Shown: positions 36,401-51,400 of the stretch, piece after piece
How the letters are laid out: each line of letters starts with the position of its first letter
How positions within the stretch are numbered: position 1 is the stretch's first letter
Assembly: GCA_965235115.1 (NCBI GenBank)
Contig: OZ249447.1
Coordinates: 24,056,001 to 24,120,000 of the forward strand
DNA from: Laetmonice hystrix
Taxonomy: Eukaryota
Direction: 5' to 3'
DNA length: 64,000 nucleotides
Made by a program: the position numbers and the translations under genes
The notes under the pieces: generated by a model
Told to the model about the DNA's origin: nothing
Databases searched by the model: none
What the model saw: the letters and a program-made list of their open reading frames with translations, nothing else

Positions 36401-39400
36401 TTCAAACAAAAATCCTGATCGCAATAATTGCTTCATCTAAGAGCGGATCACCATCACTTTTGATTTGAAGTCTGCAAATTGTAAATTACTGAAATTTTAC
36501 TTAAAATGAAATACGATTCTCAAGGCAACCCGAGAAAAAGTCTGGTGGATTGGCAAAATGGTGAGCATTATTTCGTTCCCGATATAAGCGGCGGCCATCG
36601 CAACTGGCGCAATCGGACTCTGCCGTAACGGTTTCTGTACAAACCTTTGAACAGATTTATACAAAATAATTCCTTCGGAACCTTTCGGGATACGGCATTA
36701 TAAATGATCGACCTCTTATAGATGAAACTTTTTAAAATTTAAACTTAAGAGACGACTGGAACATCTCAAATCTGCATGTTGTAAATCAGTTCCCAAAATT
36801 TTATCCCAGGTTTTTAAAAACTCTTCATGCTAGGCTTGGAGCAAAGTATGAGGCAAGGAAGAAGTTTAACACCAACGCCGCCATTAGGTCCGAGTCCATT
36901 GGTATCGTATAAATATACCCCGGCATGACAGGCTAAAACGGTCCATGAATTCTTCCATGAAAAAAGACGGTTTTATAGTTTTCGCCATCTCACTTAAACG
37001 CACGCACGTTATCTTATCTTCTGTCGGATTTCTTATTTATGCGCTGTCATACATTTGTGTGAATAACTATGCTGAACAATAAGGACCAAAGAATGCAACG
37101 GGAAAAGATCTATGGATCATTAATATTGCGTGTAAATATGGTGACTGGAATAATCAGCTTTGAGTTAAATCTTGTGAATCTGAATCAATACTTGCAGATC
37201 AACTCAGCTTACAAGTGTAAGCCATTTACCAGCCCGGGATGAGACATTCACCCATTTTCATATTTCACCCAAAATGTTCTCACAAGGCAATTCCGATTAC
37301 AATTCACTGTTAGGCCTACTGATATATTCAACAAAGTCGATGAGCTAACCAGACACTGGTAAGAAAGAAAAGTAGGACAATATTGTAGCTCGCTGCTAGA
37401 GTTCGACCCAACCTTTGTACTGAGAACAACCACACCGGCTAATTTCCAGTTTTCCTGCACGTGTTTGCCCAGGTGTCAAGTAACCAATATCTCTCTTTGT
37501 TGTTGGATCGCAACTCCAGGAATATTGGCAAGTATAAATCATCAATCAGCACTTACCTGGATACGTTTTTCAAACACATGTAGTGAGTGCGCATTTTCAG
37601 CAATCCTTACGAGTCTCTGGAAAAGGCCAAGAAAAATTCACACCATTACAAACCTGGTAGATTGAAAGAACGGAAGAGGATAACGGACTTGATTCCTTGC
37701 ATGTCCATTCATATTTCTGTGCATATTAATTACGTAATCTACAAGTACCATTTATGGTATATTCATATAACATGTATAAGACTGATATCTGAGGTAGGGT
37801 TGGCTTCCTGTGGAGCGTCACTCATACACGATAAGACGGACCCAAGTCCCGTGCTGATCTTAGGTACGGCAACCTCAGATCTCCATGGCAGGGACCTGCT
37901 CTGGGAGATTTTGTTAATCTATTTCTGCCGGGGAACTCTGCCTCCTATCTGTGCTCTCAATGTCCTCTGGGTTGCGTGTGTTCACGTACGTCATCTCGTT
38001 GTTGTGTCGTGACCCCACAGATCACTACAGTGTCACAGCTACTGACGATCAGACGTTTAGAAATGCTTATTAAATAACACCCGATTTTTTTTTATCCTGA
38101 AGAGGACACATATTGCAATGAATATCGACCTCATCCCTTGGTAAACTTTCATTTCGAAGACAGGCAACATCAACCCACACATATTTCACTTCACATGCAT
38201 TTTTAGGTAACCTATATATAATCACATTTAGGACACAAATATTGGGGTCGGATATTCATGAAAGCAGACACTTATCAGCATACGAATGCCGTACCTTGGA
38301 TACTCTGATGTCATAAAACCTCTGTGAAAGAAATTGATCAATAATATAGATTAAATAAAACGAACCTTTGCCACAGCCCTCACAATATCGTGCAGCAGCA
38401 AAATTATGTAGGCTATTGTCGCAGCATTTATACTAATCATGAGGACTGTCCTCTTCAGCAAGTCTCCCATTTCTCTTTACAATAGCCTTCATGAACTCGG
38501 CTGATTAGAATGTTTTCTGCTTGAAGTGGATTCGAAATGGAACTTTATGATAAGCTTTGGGTCACATGACCTTCGGCCTCCTGCTTCTCAATCAGACCTG
38601 GCTCTACTTTCTCTGCCCTCTGCTATCCGGACCACCATCGTCTACAGCCAGACTAGACTTACTCCCTCCCCTCATCACAAACGGCAGTGGGACCCGGAGT
38701 CTCCCAAATAAATGTCCTTCTATCTAGGCTTAGACCCAACCCCGGCATCCTCCTCCCGAACGATCTCCAGCACAGCACCGTCTCACCCAGACCTAGAACT
38801 TCATTAAACAAGGTCCAATAACCAGGACATATCACGCACACGGCAACAATAGCCTATTTATTCCTTGTGACACATCGGTTAGCAGTACCACAACGTTCAG
38901 AACGACAATCGATTTTAAAATGGACGGCACATCCCATAATTACATTATCAATACATGATCAATTCCCAAGGTCGAAGCTTCTATTACTACAGAAATGGTT
39001 TTTTTAAAGGCCGGGTTAGATGGTGCACATCTGTCCACTTCATATGCCTCCACAACACCCGGCCTTTAGCCCTCCAAAATCACATGCTATTGACGCCAAG
39101 AAGCACTTCAGTGATGTAACACACATCGTGTGAAAGGTTTATGTTGGGATGAGTAACCACTTCTAGTGATCATCAATTTCCTCTGTGTTCTTAATCTGTT
39201 ACGACCCGGCCACACCCGCGAGTCGGAGGCGAGTCCGTCAATGTTCACAAAAGGTTTAGCCACTTTCGCTCCTATAGACTGCCCATACTCTCGGACAAGC
39301 TTCTCCATTCGACCTGCCTTGTCCAATCAGAAAAGGTCTTCATCCCTGACTTGAAGTTGCTGGGCCTCTGCTGTCACATAATTCAGTGCAGCAGATCGAG

Positions 39401-42400
39401 CACTCGGTAAGAAATAGGATGGCGGATGACAGGAGCTGACAGACCAGTGTAAATCAGACGACAAGCTGACGCCGTCAAGCTTAGCTAATGGAATCCATAG
39501 CACCGACAAAAATGTGTCCATAACTTTTCATCTCGCCATTCAAACACTCCCACTGGCGTCCTGTGAACAGCACCGGATGACTTTTATCGTAGATTGTTGC
39601 GACGAAAGAAAATGGATCAGAGAATGAGCAGTTGATGATGAATTATGCAGGCTCGGTGAGCAGTGAAGTGGTCACCGTAGATTCGTGGGCTTTGATCCAT
39701 CTCATACGCTGCTGACCCCAAGGTCAGCCTCGCCTTGACAACCCTTCTAGCTATGCGGTGTTCTAGCAAGCTCGGCATCTTTATCTTAAGAGTAGTAAAG
39801 GCTTTAAGGGTTGCAAGATGTGGACTTTTTCAGTTCCTACTATGCTGACATCTACATTTGCGTTACAGTTATCATTCCTAATGCATGTCAACATTTTAGA
39901 TTGGTATTCATAAGATTCCGTTGTTTTTTGTAGGTCAGTGTGTCATAATATCAGGATATTCCGTACACTACAGTCCAACACACACAAGGCCTATAAATTT
40001 AAATTCGCAGCTTATTAGCCAAGAAGCCTTGCTGGGGCATAGAGCTGGATCTGAGACTTCCAAGAAAGCGACTTTTCTCACCCAAACTTGTGTAGAAAAC
40101 ATGCGTAAAAGATGCCGTTTTGTCTTGATTACATTGTCTCAACCCTAGGTCCCGTAACCCAAGCCGACGTTTAAACACGGACACCTAATGCTGTGCTCGT
40201 ACTCTATGATCACAAGGAACTCTGTGACAACAAACCTTCCCGTGAATGGTTTAACTTGGCCACCACCATAAAACCTCGGGCCTGTCTTGGCGCCCACTAA
40301 ACCCCGCTCCTGCTCTGGCTGGCTGTCAACAGTACCGAACAGATTTCTGTAACTGAATCTGCCCCGTCCCTCTTCAGCCCACAAGCCACGGGTAACACAA
40401 TACAAAGTCAGTAGGCAATTGGTCTTATTGCTGTATCAGTGCTATTGCCTGGTCATGACGCGACGAAATCGATTCCCACCTGACTGCTTGGCCTCGTTTG
40501 GATCCAATCCCAGGTGTTAATTACCAATTAGCTTTGATCCGAGCTAAGCACACATGCTCAGTCTGGCAGCCAGTAAGGCGATAGGCGTCTAAATAAGCCG
40601 TGCAAAAAACAGCGGCAAGCAAATCACTTCCTCTTCTCCCCTAGGGTATTCAGAATTCACTTCAGTGGGAATTATTTGACCATTCCCCCACAACTCTGAC
40701 GCTTTCAGTGGGGGTTAACTTTAAATTTTCCCAATTTCTATTAATATCGGCACCTAATCTAGGATAGTTGAAAACGGTAATCTAGCATCTGTAAAGGTTC
40801 GTAGTCGTTGTAAGAAACGCACCCCCCCTACCATTCTGATACAAACTATTCTGTAGCATATACAAAACGTCTGATCGATTAATATTGCATACAAGATAAC
40901 GGACACACAATGCCCCGTCTAGTCTAACATTACTACAAATACCACGGTCTAGGTCAGAATACAGAAGTCCTTTAATGTAAGTAGCGCATGCTGTCAACGC
41001 CAGCCATGCTAGTAGTATGTAGAAAGAGAGGTTTGTGGGCCTGAGCACTAGTCTTGCGGGGTTAGTAGTATACGAAAAGTCGAGTTTTGAAGCGAAAAAT
41101 CATATCACCACAAACCCGGAATGAAGAGGGGTTGTGTAGATCTAATTGCTACCGTGTACATACAGGCCATATAACAAATCATCTGGAAGTGACATATCTC
41201 AACGAAACTGTACATCTCTTTGCTCAGTAAAGATTCAAAAACACGGCTGTAGAGTCCCTAGCACTGACGAATACAGCGCATTAAGTAGTATAAGAAGCGG
41301 AGTTTTGAAGATTAAAGATTTAAAAAAGAGAAACACGTCCTATTATATTGCTTATAAATTGGTATTGGAAACAATAACTAAAATTAAGGGAAGTCCGAAC
41401 ATGACTCCGAAAAAGAATGTATACTCAACAATACTCTGCCAGTGGCATTAGTTCAGTAAAAATCCTGTCCCCTACGAGTTGGTCTGTTTTTGCGTGACAC
41501 GGCGGAGAGGACCGAGCTGTAGATGCGAGCTTGTTGAGGTCAGGGCGTACGTCGCATGCATCATCCGCTAGATAATCAGTGCATTCCAATTTCCTTGTAT
41601 CGACCCAGACTGATTCGGCAGCACTAGGACCATCTTCTGTGTCGGTGGTCGTGGCACATGTAGGCATGTACGCAACCCGACGCCGGCCCAAGGGGAACAA
41701 CATCACAACCGCGTGGCACTCTTCCTCCTTGGACTACGCGGGCGGGGTGAAGGGGGGGGGGGTGTGTGAGGTGAGGGTGTGTGAGGGGGTGAGGGGGGGG
41801 GGTCACCTCAGAATGTCGGTCAGACAGCCGGAAGCCTGCTACATGGATATCTGGCCCGACTTCTACCAGACGATATCTGCCCTATTATCCTGCAGGAATT
41901 CAGCTCATCTAGTTTAAACATTCAATTCTCTGTGCGGAATAAACGCGATGAATGCGTACTGCACAGCCATAAACTGTTGGGGCTATACTGGAATCAGCAA
42001 ATACGAGGCCTATATGCCTTGATAAGATTCAAACTAATAAGGATTACCGCACAGAAAGAGACATGGGTAAATACCAGGTAAAATGAAACATCGTTCAGAG
42101 AGGTCGTCGATATCCCGCCGTATAAATGCTGAAACAAGTCTAACACACAGTACCCTAGTAAAAACAACTGTTGTCACATTGGTGCTCAAACCAGATGTCC
42201 ACTCGCACAATATGAGGAGCTCATCTTTCAGACATGAACTCAAAATAATATGATTTAAGGAATGCAATTTTCAAAACTATGTGCCTGTTAATGCTAAACA
42301 TTATGTTATACCCTGCTCACCAATCTTACCACTACATTACATTAAGACGACAGCCTGTACTGCAAACCACAGTCGGCCCCACAGATTATAACTCCTGACA

Positions 42401-45400
42401 CCCAGCACTGTGGGTCTGCCGCTACCTCATAGGAATGCAATTCTAGAAATGGGGCGGGAAGGATCTCCGTATATCTACTCAGATCTATACAAGTATCAAC
42501 AGAAAAATAGGCCCGCCTGCATCCAACATACCCTCGGGGTACCGAGTCGTATTTAATCATTTCAACAACCATCGACACGCGTATTAGCTAGGCACCCAGA
42601 GGGGCCCTGTGAATACGAGGCGGTTTGTTCTCATCCACGGCAAAAAAAACCCTCTCCAGTGTACATCCGCAATGCATCAAGTCCTAATTCAATAATAAAT
42701 TCATGACTGTTAAAAGTGTTCATTTTATCCGTTGTTCCATTAGCGAGGGGTTTTAAGTTTGCAGGTACACAATTACACATTTCTCAAATTTGCTAATGAA
42801 TCTCAGAACTTAAAATCAAATTATGATCAGCTGCAATTTGTATTGATTTTTTCGGTCTGTGAGACCCTCACCAACATGGTTCTCAATCTTCGAGTTCTAT
42901 TTACCAATCGAATTACCGATCCAATTGTACGATAACAGCTATTGAAATAACTCCAGACGGGCACATTTATAGCACTAACTACTCCGTACCTTCTATCAGA
43001 ACTTACATACGACGGGTTATGCTGTATAGCAGAGTGATACCTATTCGTGAGCTTCTTTATATGGACGATTGTCCAACAGCTTGTATGGTCTAATGTAACA
43101 TTATACAAGATATATTTATACACCATTGTGAGCAACGTTGGTCATCACCTATAGCATTTTCTGCAGTCTTTATCATAACTTAGACGATACAAATGATATC
43201 AGAATACAAATGGGAGAATGTAACAATAAATTTGTGAATCCTATTTAGCGCTATAATACCGAATACTAGCTGAAAGCTGACTAACTCTGGGAACATTTGC
43301 GTCATTTTGAAGTGGGCATTGCTTACGAATGCACTTTAATTGCTATCCGGCAAAGGAACACAGGAAGCAGATTTGTACAAGGAATTACAGCTAGGACAGT
43401 ATTGGCCTCATAGGTTACACAAATCTCTAGCATGAATTTATCACGCTATCTTTAAACATAAAAGATGCCGCTGCAGTCATTGGGAATGGCACCAAATGTA
43501 TCCAGCTGACGCAACTTGTATCTCTGCCGGTGCCTTAATATCTCCCGGGCCGTTGTAAGCAGTGGCCCCCACCTCCCCTCTACAATGTACAACCCCGCCA
43601 GCGTCCCTTTACTGGTATTTTGCGCCATATCAGTCTGGATCCATTCATCACTTTTCAAAAGTGCACTGGTAGCTTTTCCCTGGCCGCCAGTCATATATAA
43701 TTCATACAATCATCAGGTCGTAGCTCGCCCCCAGCTTAGGGCAGTTGATACGCTACACATGCTTGCAACACCATGTATTCTGGGCACTGACATGCAATGC
43801 ATATCTATGAGCTCCAATTAAGTTGTGCTGGGCGATAACTACCAATTACTATCATGGGGAAATCTGATAGAATATTGGTCACCACATAACGCTGGTAGCC
43901 CACTAATTTCCGCCGAATTCTAGCTGGCTTTAGTGAACTACTAACGGGGCGCGACGTGCGATTATCACGTCTTAGGTAGGCGCGGCGGGCCGCCTTGGCC
44001 ACTATCAGTGATTTGGGAGGCAGACTACTAAAAGGTCATCCTCTGTGCACGGCAAACATCTTCTCTACTCTACAGTCACCCGGCTCTTCCAACGACCATA
44101 TTATTGGCATCGCCATCTCTATAGGTTCTCTCCTTGATTTGAGGTCAAGCTGTAATATTCAATTTATGTATTCGCACTTTCTACATACAAATTCCTCAAT
44201 CATGTAGACAAATATGACCCTTTTGACAGTAAGCTAAACCGAGCTGACCTGAGCTGTATCTAGAATTGCTGGCGTGAGCAACTACTCACAAATATATTAT
44301 CTGGAGTACCGTTTATTTAAAAGCCAATCTAAGCCAAGTCTGAACCATCATGGAAGAGGACGTTATGCCTGATTCGCTAGGCACAGTGCCTATTCTATTG
44401 GAGAACACTAGACTCCCAACCCAAATAGTAACACTGCTGAGCTGTATCATGAAGTTTATCTGTGTATTGTCAGCGGGATATAGGTATCAAAGTCTGCCAT
44501 ACCTTCATTCACACTTGCCTGTGTGCGGAACGTATAGGAGACGTCTAAGATCTGTATTCATCCCACTCTAGCTGGTGCTAACGGCTGTCCTCGCTGTTTT
44601 CATCAATCTCATAACGACAGCTGCTGTCACAGGCATCCGAGCAACTTTCCCTGACAGGACCTCACAGTTACCTAAACAGCTGGACCAACCTCTGGTTTCC
44701 GACATCAGACAACGAATTGTACGCAGACATGTCATTCTTTGGGCCATCTCTACAGGAAGCCCATTTCTTACTGCTGCCATTCCTTATGGTCTGATGGCAG
44801 GTTGAAGAGTGTCATGCCCCATGACAAATGAGTCAGCCTAACCTTCACGCTCGCCATATTGGCATGGTCCCAAGAGGCACAACGTTTCAGATTGCCCCTT
44901 TTGTACGCCTTCTGACAACGATTTTTCATGATACAACGTTTATAGCTGGGTAATACATCAAACGTCATATGCAATTTTCCACAACTTCAAAGAGTTTTCT
45001 GGGTTATTTGTAGATGACAGTTTGAACTTCTCAGAGATTTTGGATGCACATTAATTTTCTAAAATCGTGATTGTACGAAGTCAATGACATCTACAGCGGT
45101 GATTTGCTCTCATGGTAATCCTGCATCAGCTAGTGGAAATGGTTCAACGTGAAACTTCAACGTTACCGAGCAATAAAAAAGGTGAAGTAATTTGTCCCTA
45201 ATCTATCAAAGAGGATGTCTTACACCAAATGGCTATTATTTACTGCTGTCATACCAAACAAAATATCCATCACAGATATGAAATCAATTTTAAGGTGATC
45301 AGATGATAGATTGGAAAAGTAAACTATGAACAGGAGGCCTATAATATAGACGATCTGGGAAATACATAGATACTTACAGCTGCCATATCCAAACACTATG

Positions 45401-48400
45401 GCCACTAACCAATTAAACTGTTGGCACGTGCCAAAAGTTAAGTGAATGTCCTGATCTATGTGGAATGATTACAATGATGCCTTTTCTTGTGAGAACTACA
45501 GCACACTGATTATATACTCCATGTTACTCGGTACACTATCCGGCCAATAGTACACTGGAGATGTGAACATTATGTGGTATTACTGGATTGTGATGAATGA
45601 TGATGTGGTTGACATTTGGGAGCCTAGTTTTCTTCTGATAGCATCCTTGCAGAACCATGTTCAGTTTTCACACGAGTTGATGACGTGCCGGCCGGCCAAT
45701 GCACCAGTACAGGGGCTCAAGATATGGCAGCCAGCTGTAGACCCACCGAGCCATAGGTGAGGCAGTTCGTCATATGGACTGCCTCCACATCCAGGCAGGG
45801 GGCCAGTTGCCTGCAGCAGGCTGGCAGGCCAGCCAGAATACAGGCACCATCCTAGGCTAAGGTGGCCAAGCCTGCTCAGACAGCGAGCTTACCGAGGGAG
45901 GCAGCCAGCCCATCCCAATGAAGCCTGCGACCAAGCCGCCATTTCCAAGCGGAGCAGCCTGCCATACGCGCCTCAGCCAGAATCAGAAGAGGCCACCGAC
46001 TCAATAAGGCAACCAGTGTGCCAGAAGAAGGTGGCAACCCTGGCAAGGCTGCCATCCCAGTCTGGCAATGTTTCCCGAGTCGAGACGTCTGCCACCAAAG
46101 CAGCCTCACTGCGTGTGGACTTACTGTCAAGATTCTGGAAAAATACCAACATTCAATGCCCCCCCCCTAAAATAATCAACTTTGCCCAAAAAGTCGATGT
46201 AGCTACAGGAGGCTGGCGATAATTGCTAGCAAGACCGTAGTACCTGCTGTTGACATGGATGTTTAGTGTTGCAAACCTGACATGTATTTCTGTCAATAAT
46301 CAAGAGATATATCAACAGAAACCTTTTTAAAATCGGACGGCACTCTCGGGCCATGAAGCAGCCAAATCGGTAATTGCGTCTGGAGTATTCAGGTTTTCAA
46401 TTCAAGCTGACAACCCCTCAACGACCTGCGACACTTGGTGAGATGGATTCCGGGCCTAAGGTGATGGCCAAGACATGCACACTGCAAAATGTGACGCACT
46501 CGGACTCGGGTAAATAACGCGATACCTCCAGCAGGACTTTTTCTGTTAATTTAGATTTAGCATAATTTCTTATTGGAACCTTATGATGTCATACTGCCTT
46601 GATCTTCATTCCCGAGCCCATCCGTGGTGTTTAATGAGTTAAGGGCCAGGAAATACAAATACACCATGAACCTTTCACATTAAAATCCAGATTTCTCACT
46701 TTGAATTTAAAGTAAGCAAGATGAGAAAACTTTCCGAGGGTTTCTTTCAAGCAAGTTTATTATGTGCGTATTAAAGCCCTCCACACAATTGCCCCCCCGT
46801 GTGTTTTTACTAAGTTCAGCTCGTGTTCAGCTGCCCTATGAGCAGCTGGACCAAGGCCTTACTTTCCATTGCCACTTAAGGCCCACTACACGAGGGCGTG
46901 GCGCGTTGTAACCGCGCCACAAGTGCCACACTGTCGATGACCGTCAGTTGTCATTACGGCCCTAGAAACCCTTGAAGATAACCAGGCACGAAGATCTGTT
47001 AATGCAATATTCCCCTGGGGCATTGGCCACCGCCGGAGTTCCGCTAGGATTGACCAGAGTATATCTCTGACCTCACTAATCATGGTGCCGACCAACAATA
47101 AGACATCACGACCTAATCACCATAATGCATGTTCATTGTCGACTGTGAAAATAGTAAAATTCTCGTTCATCCGAGCTTAATACTGCCCGACGTTTCCGAT
47201 CAGCGTACGAATATAGAACTGAATCTACGCAGCTTTAGTGGTTTCTGAACAGTTCTTTTAAGAAAATGTATATTTTTTTTCATTTTAGAATCATGTAAAA
47301 TATGTCGATCCAATGTTCGAGTTTCAGTAATCGATATAGTCCAATCAATATATTTGGACTTGAGGTCTTTCAACTGATTCGGAACCATATTCGACCCGCC
47401 CAGCATCAATTTTAGAATGACAGTCTTTATCATAACTTAGACGATACAAATGATATCAGAATACAAATGGGAGAATGTAACAATAAATTTGTGAATCCTA
47501 TTTAGCGCTATAATACCGAATACTAGCTGAAAGCTGACTAACTCTGGGAACATTTGCGCCATTTTGAAGTGGGCATTGCTGTGGTTTCTGAACAGTTCTT
47601 TTAAGAAAATGTATATTTTTTTTCATTTTAGAATCATGTAAAATATGTCGATCCAATGTTCGAGTTTCAGTAATCGATATAGTCCAATCAATATATTTGG
47701 ACTTGAGGTCTTTCAACTGATTCGGAACCATATTCGACCCGCCCAGCATCAATTTTAGAATGACCTTCTAAAGTTGAGATCTACAATAGTCTTCACAATT
47801 ATTCCGAACCACCTATAATAGGAGGACCATACCTGAGAGTGGTCCACCCAGCAGAGAAACAGCTGCTTTGAACTGGTCTGAGCTTTATATCAAACTAAAC
47901 GTAACAATTGAGAGGGGGAGCGGCGGGAAAATTATATATTCAGCAGATACCATTCTCCCTCATCTTAGCGCAAACAATACACTAATCCTTCTCTTGGATT
48001 TTACAGTCAAGTTGTCATCACGCGATTGGGATAAACCATGCAGACCACACATACAGCGATCTATCCTCCCGAAACACAACAAACGCATTTCACTAGGGAA
48101 AAATCATTAACTATTAATGAGACTGAAATCTACAAGTAATGTGTGTGTTGAAACTATACGAACCCCATACAATGGCTGACCTAAATATGTAATGTGTGTG
48201 CCTTGCCGAATATATCTTCATCAGAAACAATCTCGGCGACAATTCTTATGAAAGGATTTCCTTAGCCGCATTTCAGAGAGTGATTTAATAAGTAAATGTA
48301 ATATTGATTCTGGTTTAAATGCGACTCCACATCAGAAATTTCATTGTCATAAAGTAGCCTTTATTCGAATTTTACCATATACTATGAAAGTATGCGTGTT

Positions 48401-51400
48401 CGTGCACCTGTGCACGAATCCATGCGTATGAACATACGAGCCACAAAGGTTTACAGACAATAAATAATCTACGGTATCTGACTATTGTAAGGAATTTGTC
48501 AATAGTTTCAAGTATGCAGGTTATAATACGTCTCAGGTCTGCTCTTAGAACTCCGTGTAACCCATGTTACTGGCGCCATACATTATACTGCCAAGTCTAA
48601 CCCAACCCAAAAAATAGGCCTACGTTTTGTTAGAATATAATAAGTGTCATCCCAAACCAGATCTCAATTGATCGAAGATGGAAGGTCCATCAAACAAAGG
48701 GGATGGTACCTGAAAGATACCGTGATCGCATGGAAGGCAGGGCCACCAATGATTCACCGGTTCCAAATAAAGTACACGCTTTTCTCTCGCAATGTACGTG
48801 TTCCTGTCTAAGATAGCAAAACCTTTACGCTGCTCAGTCTTTCTTGCAAAAATCTCGTAATCAAGTTACTGTAGCCATGTGTAGTGGAGACTGCCCACCC
48901 GAGCCAACACTGATTGACCCCTAGGTCACGACCTGGGCGGCCGCTCTCCAATCAGACGGCGCCCGCTCGGCAGTCACTGCTGCCGGAATGAACAAGTGGC
49001 CACTTGTGGAGGACACAACAAGGCAAGAAATAAACTGGGATGTGAAGACTAACTAATGTCGTTGTCATTACCATACAAATTGAATTCCATTCTAATGCAG
49101 CCGCAAAGTTGAACTTTCCTGTCCGAAGCTAATTCGATCACCATAGAAGTGGGAGCACTCCGGTCTCAAAAACGGCAAGAGCCTTACTTTCCAATGCTGT
49201 CCTTCATGTTTCTAACAAAAGTATTTCATTCACAGCCAAATTAGCAGTGTTTAATTTTGAAAGTAATTTCTTACCGATTAGACTTAAATTTTGCGTTTAC
49301 ATGCGTCACAATAACCGCAACCATCTGTGCCTGACTGAAATAATAACTGAATGTTACGTTGACAGCGCTGGGATTGGATTGTTCTCACCGCTGACTGTGT
49401 GAACACAAATCTGTCATAGGTGTACGGCACTGATTTTAACCAAATTTCATCGTGGAGAGATTGATGGAACGTTCATTGGACACTGATGGAGAAATGATTA
49501 TCAAATCTTGCGGGCAGACTGTTATCTCAGAGACACAGCCAAATTTCCCTGAGGTCTTTGAGATTCCCATGGGGGAATGCTTATTTTTTAAATAGAATGC
49601 CTTGTCCTCTTCACCGCTTGAAAATACTGGGTTCAGCAATTGGTAAATGTTTGAGGGGCCGTCCCTTCCCATGGCGAGACCTACCTTCATATATCAATCT
49701 ATATTCATTTCGTGATTAGTAGTTCCTTGGAAAGTATCCATCACGAAACTGTGATCCATTAATTCTACAGTCAATCTCACCAGCCACGTAAGGGTCGGTC
49801 TCATCAGAAACCCCACCAATCATTAAGTGTATCGTGTTGCTTCCTAACGTCCATCACGGGGATTACAGAGCCAGAGGCCAGCCCAGGTTGGCCGGCCCTC
49901 CACCACCCATCCCCGGCGCCAAGCCCCATCGCCGCCCTAAGCAGCTTACCGTCAGGTACCAGCCTTTGTGTCGTGACAGATCTCATCATCATCAACAGAA
50001 CTAATTTTCAACGGAGGAGGGACCTGTTAGCGTCACTCATAGCCATACCTGGACTCGGCACTCAAGTACTCTCTCTTTCGCTCTCTCCCATTTATGGCCA
50101 TGATTCTGCCAATTATGTAGTTTCACTTATACGCATCGGGCAGTTTGATAACCGTTTCCATACAGTCAGCATTTTCCAGGCGAGCTACGCCCCCATCCCA
50201 GCCGTATGCAAATGGAACTGTTCTCAGTACGTTCGAGAAAAGAGGGCCGGGGCGTGCGCAAATTGGCAATTTATACACTCCTCATTGTGCACAGGCAAAC
50301 ACGAAGCGAGTCTTGAGAATGACAAGCTATTTACAGTAATTTTCTAAATTTCCTTGCGCTTAATTTACGTCGGCCTGCAAATCAGGAACGGGCCTCAATG
50401 ACCATGAGGCCACATCCTCGTCTGTGCCTTGAGGAGCTAGGATCTCTATATATTGCTCACTAGGCGGCACCACCTGTAGGCGATCCCCTCGCGCCACCAG
50501 GGACGTGTCTAACAACCATATTTCGTATAGTGTACATGTATTAACCTTGGAACAAAGGAACAGTGTATTGGACAAGTGGCTTTATTACAATAACGATGTC
50601 ATGTTACTAGACATATGGAATGTGTAATTTTGTCTAATACAAATTCAATACACTACACTTGATAGCCTAACCTTTCACAGGAATTATTGGTTCGATCCTT
50701 ATATCTGAATGAGTACTACTATAAATATTTCTCCCATTTTCTAACCGAGCTCGAACATATAAAAAAACTTGAATGGACCATTTCTTGCCCTGCCAATGCT
50801 TCCTTTAACACAGGCCCTAACATTTGATCTTGCCTATTCGCCATAGATATATTTCGCCCTCATATCCAACCTTTTCCAATGGCTTCTTCCGATGTCATAA
50901 ATCCTTGCAACCACTTTGCGGACAATAGCTTGGCGTCCTTACCCATTTTGCCCGCCTTAACGGGGGATTGGTTAGAGAAGGCCCGGTGGCCCAGTTTCCG
51001 AGCGCTGCCGTGGCGGGGTGGGGGTGTAGCCGTGAAAGCCGCCCTGCTAGGTGCTGAGGACCGTGGAGGTCTGACTGAGGGCGACGGGATCGTCTGTCAG
51101 CATCCCAACAGGCCGCAATCTGTCAGGCTGTCCATCAGACTCGTCCACGTGGTGGCTTGGTGCTGACCGCCCCTTCCCGGCCCTGCCCACGTCACGGCGC
51201 TAACCACAGGGCTGACCACAGGGCAGACCGCCATGGGGCTTCAAGGTCAACGAAATATGGCAATGTGGGCAGAGCTGCCCACGGTTCCTACGGTCACAGG
51301 GCCTCGCTTAGATCGGCTAGAGCCTCTACAACTGTACCCCGAGCGATTCACAACCACTGGACAAGGGACCGGGGTATACTGCCCTCCCAACAGGAACTGC

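Noticed and set aside
39108-40405. Gypsy integrase C-terminal (GPY/F)-like words [15 protein letters not shown] and KTGPRFYG
   Set aside because: Loose resemblance only; no integrase core, RT or LTR found.
50369-50473. Phase 0-0 exon-like segment VVPPSEQ...DLQAD in the 25-kb intron
   Set aside because: Poor pyrimidine tract, no homology, and it would interrupt the conserved SAIR|RLV helix.
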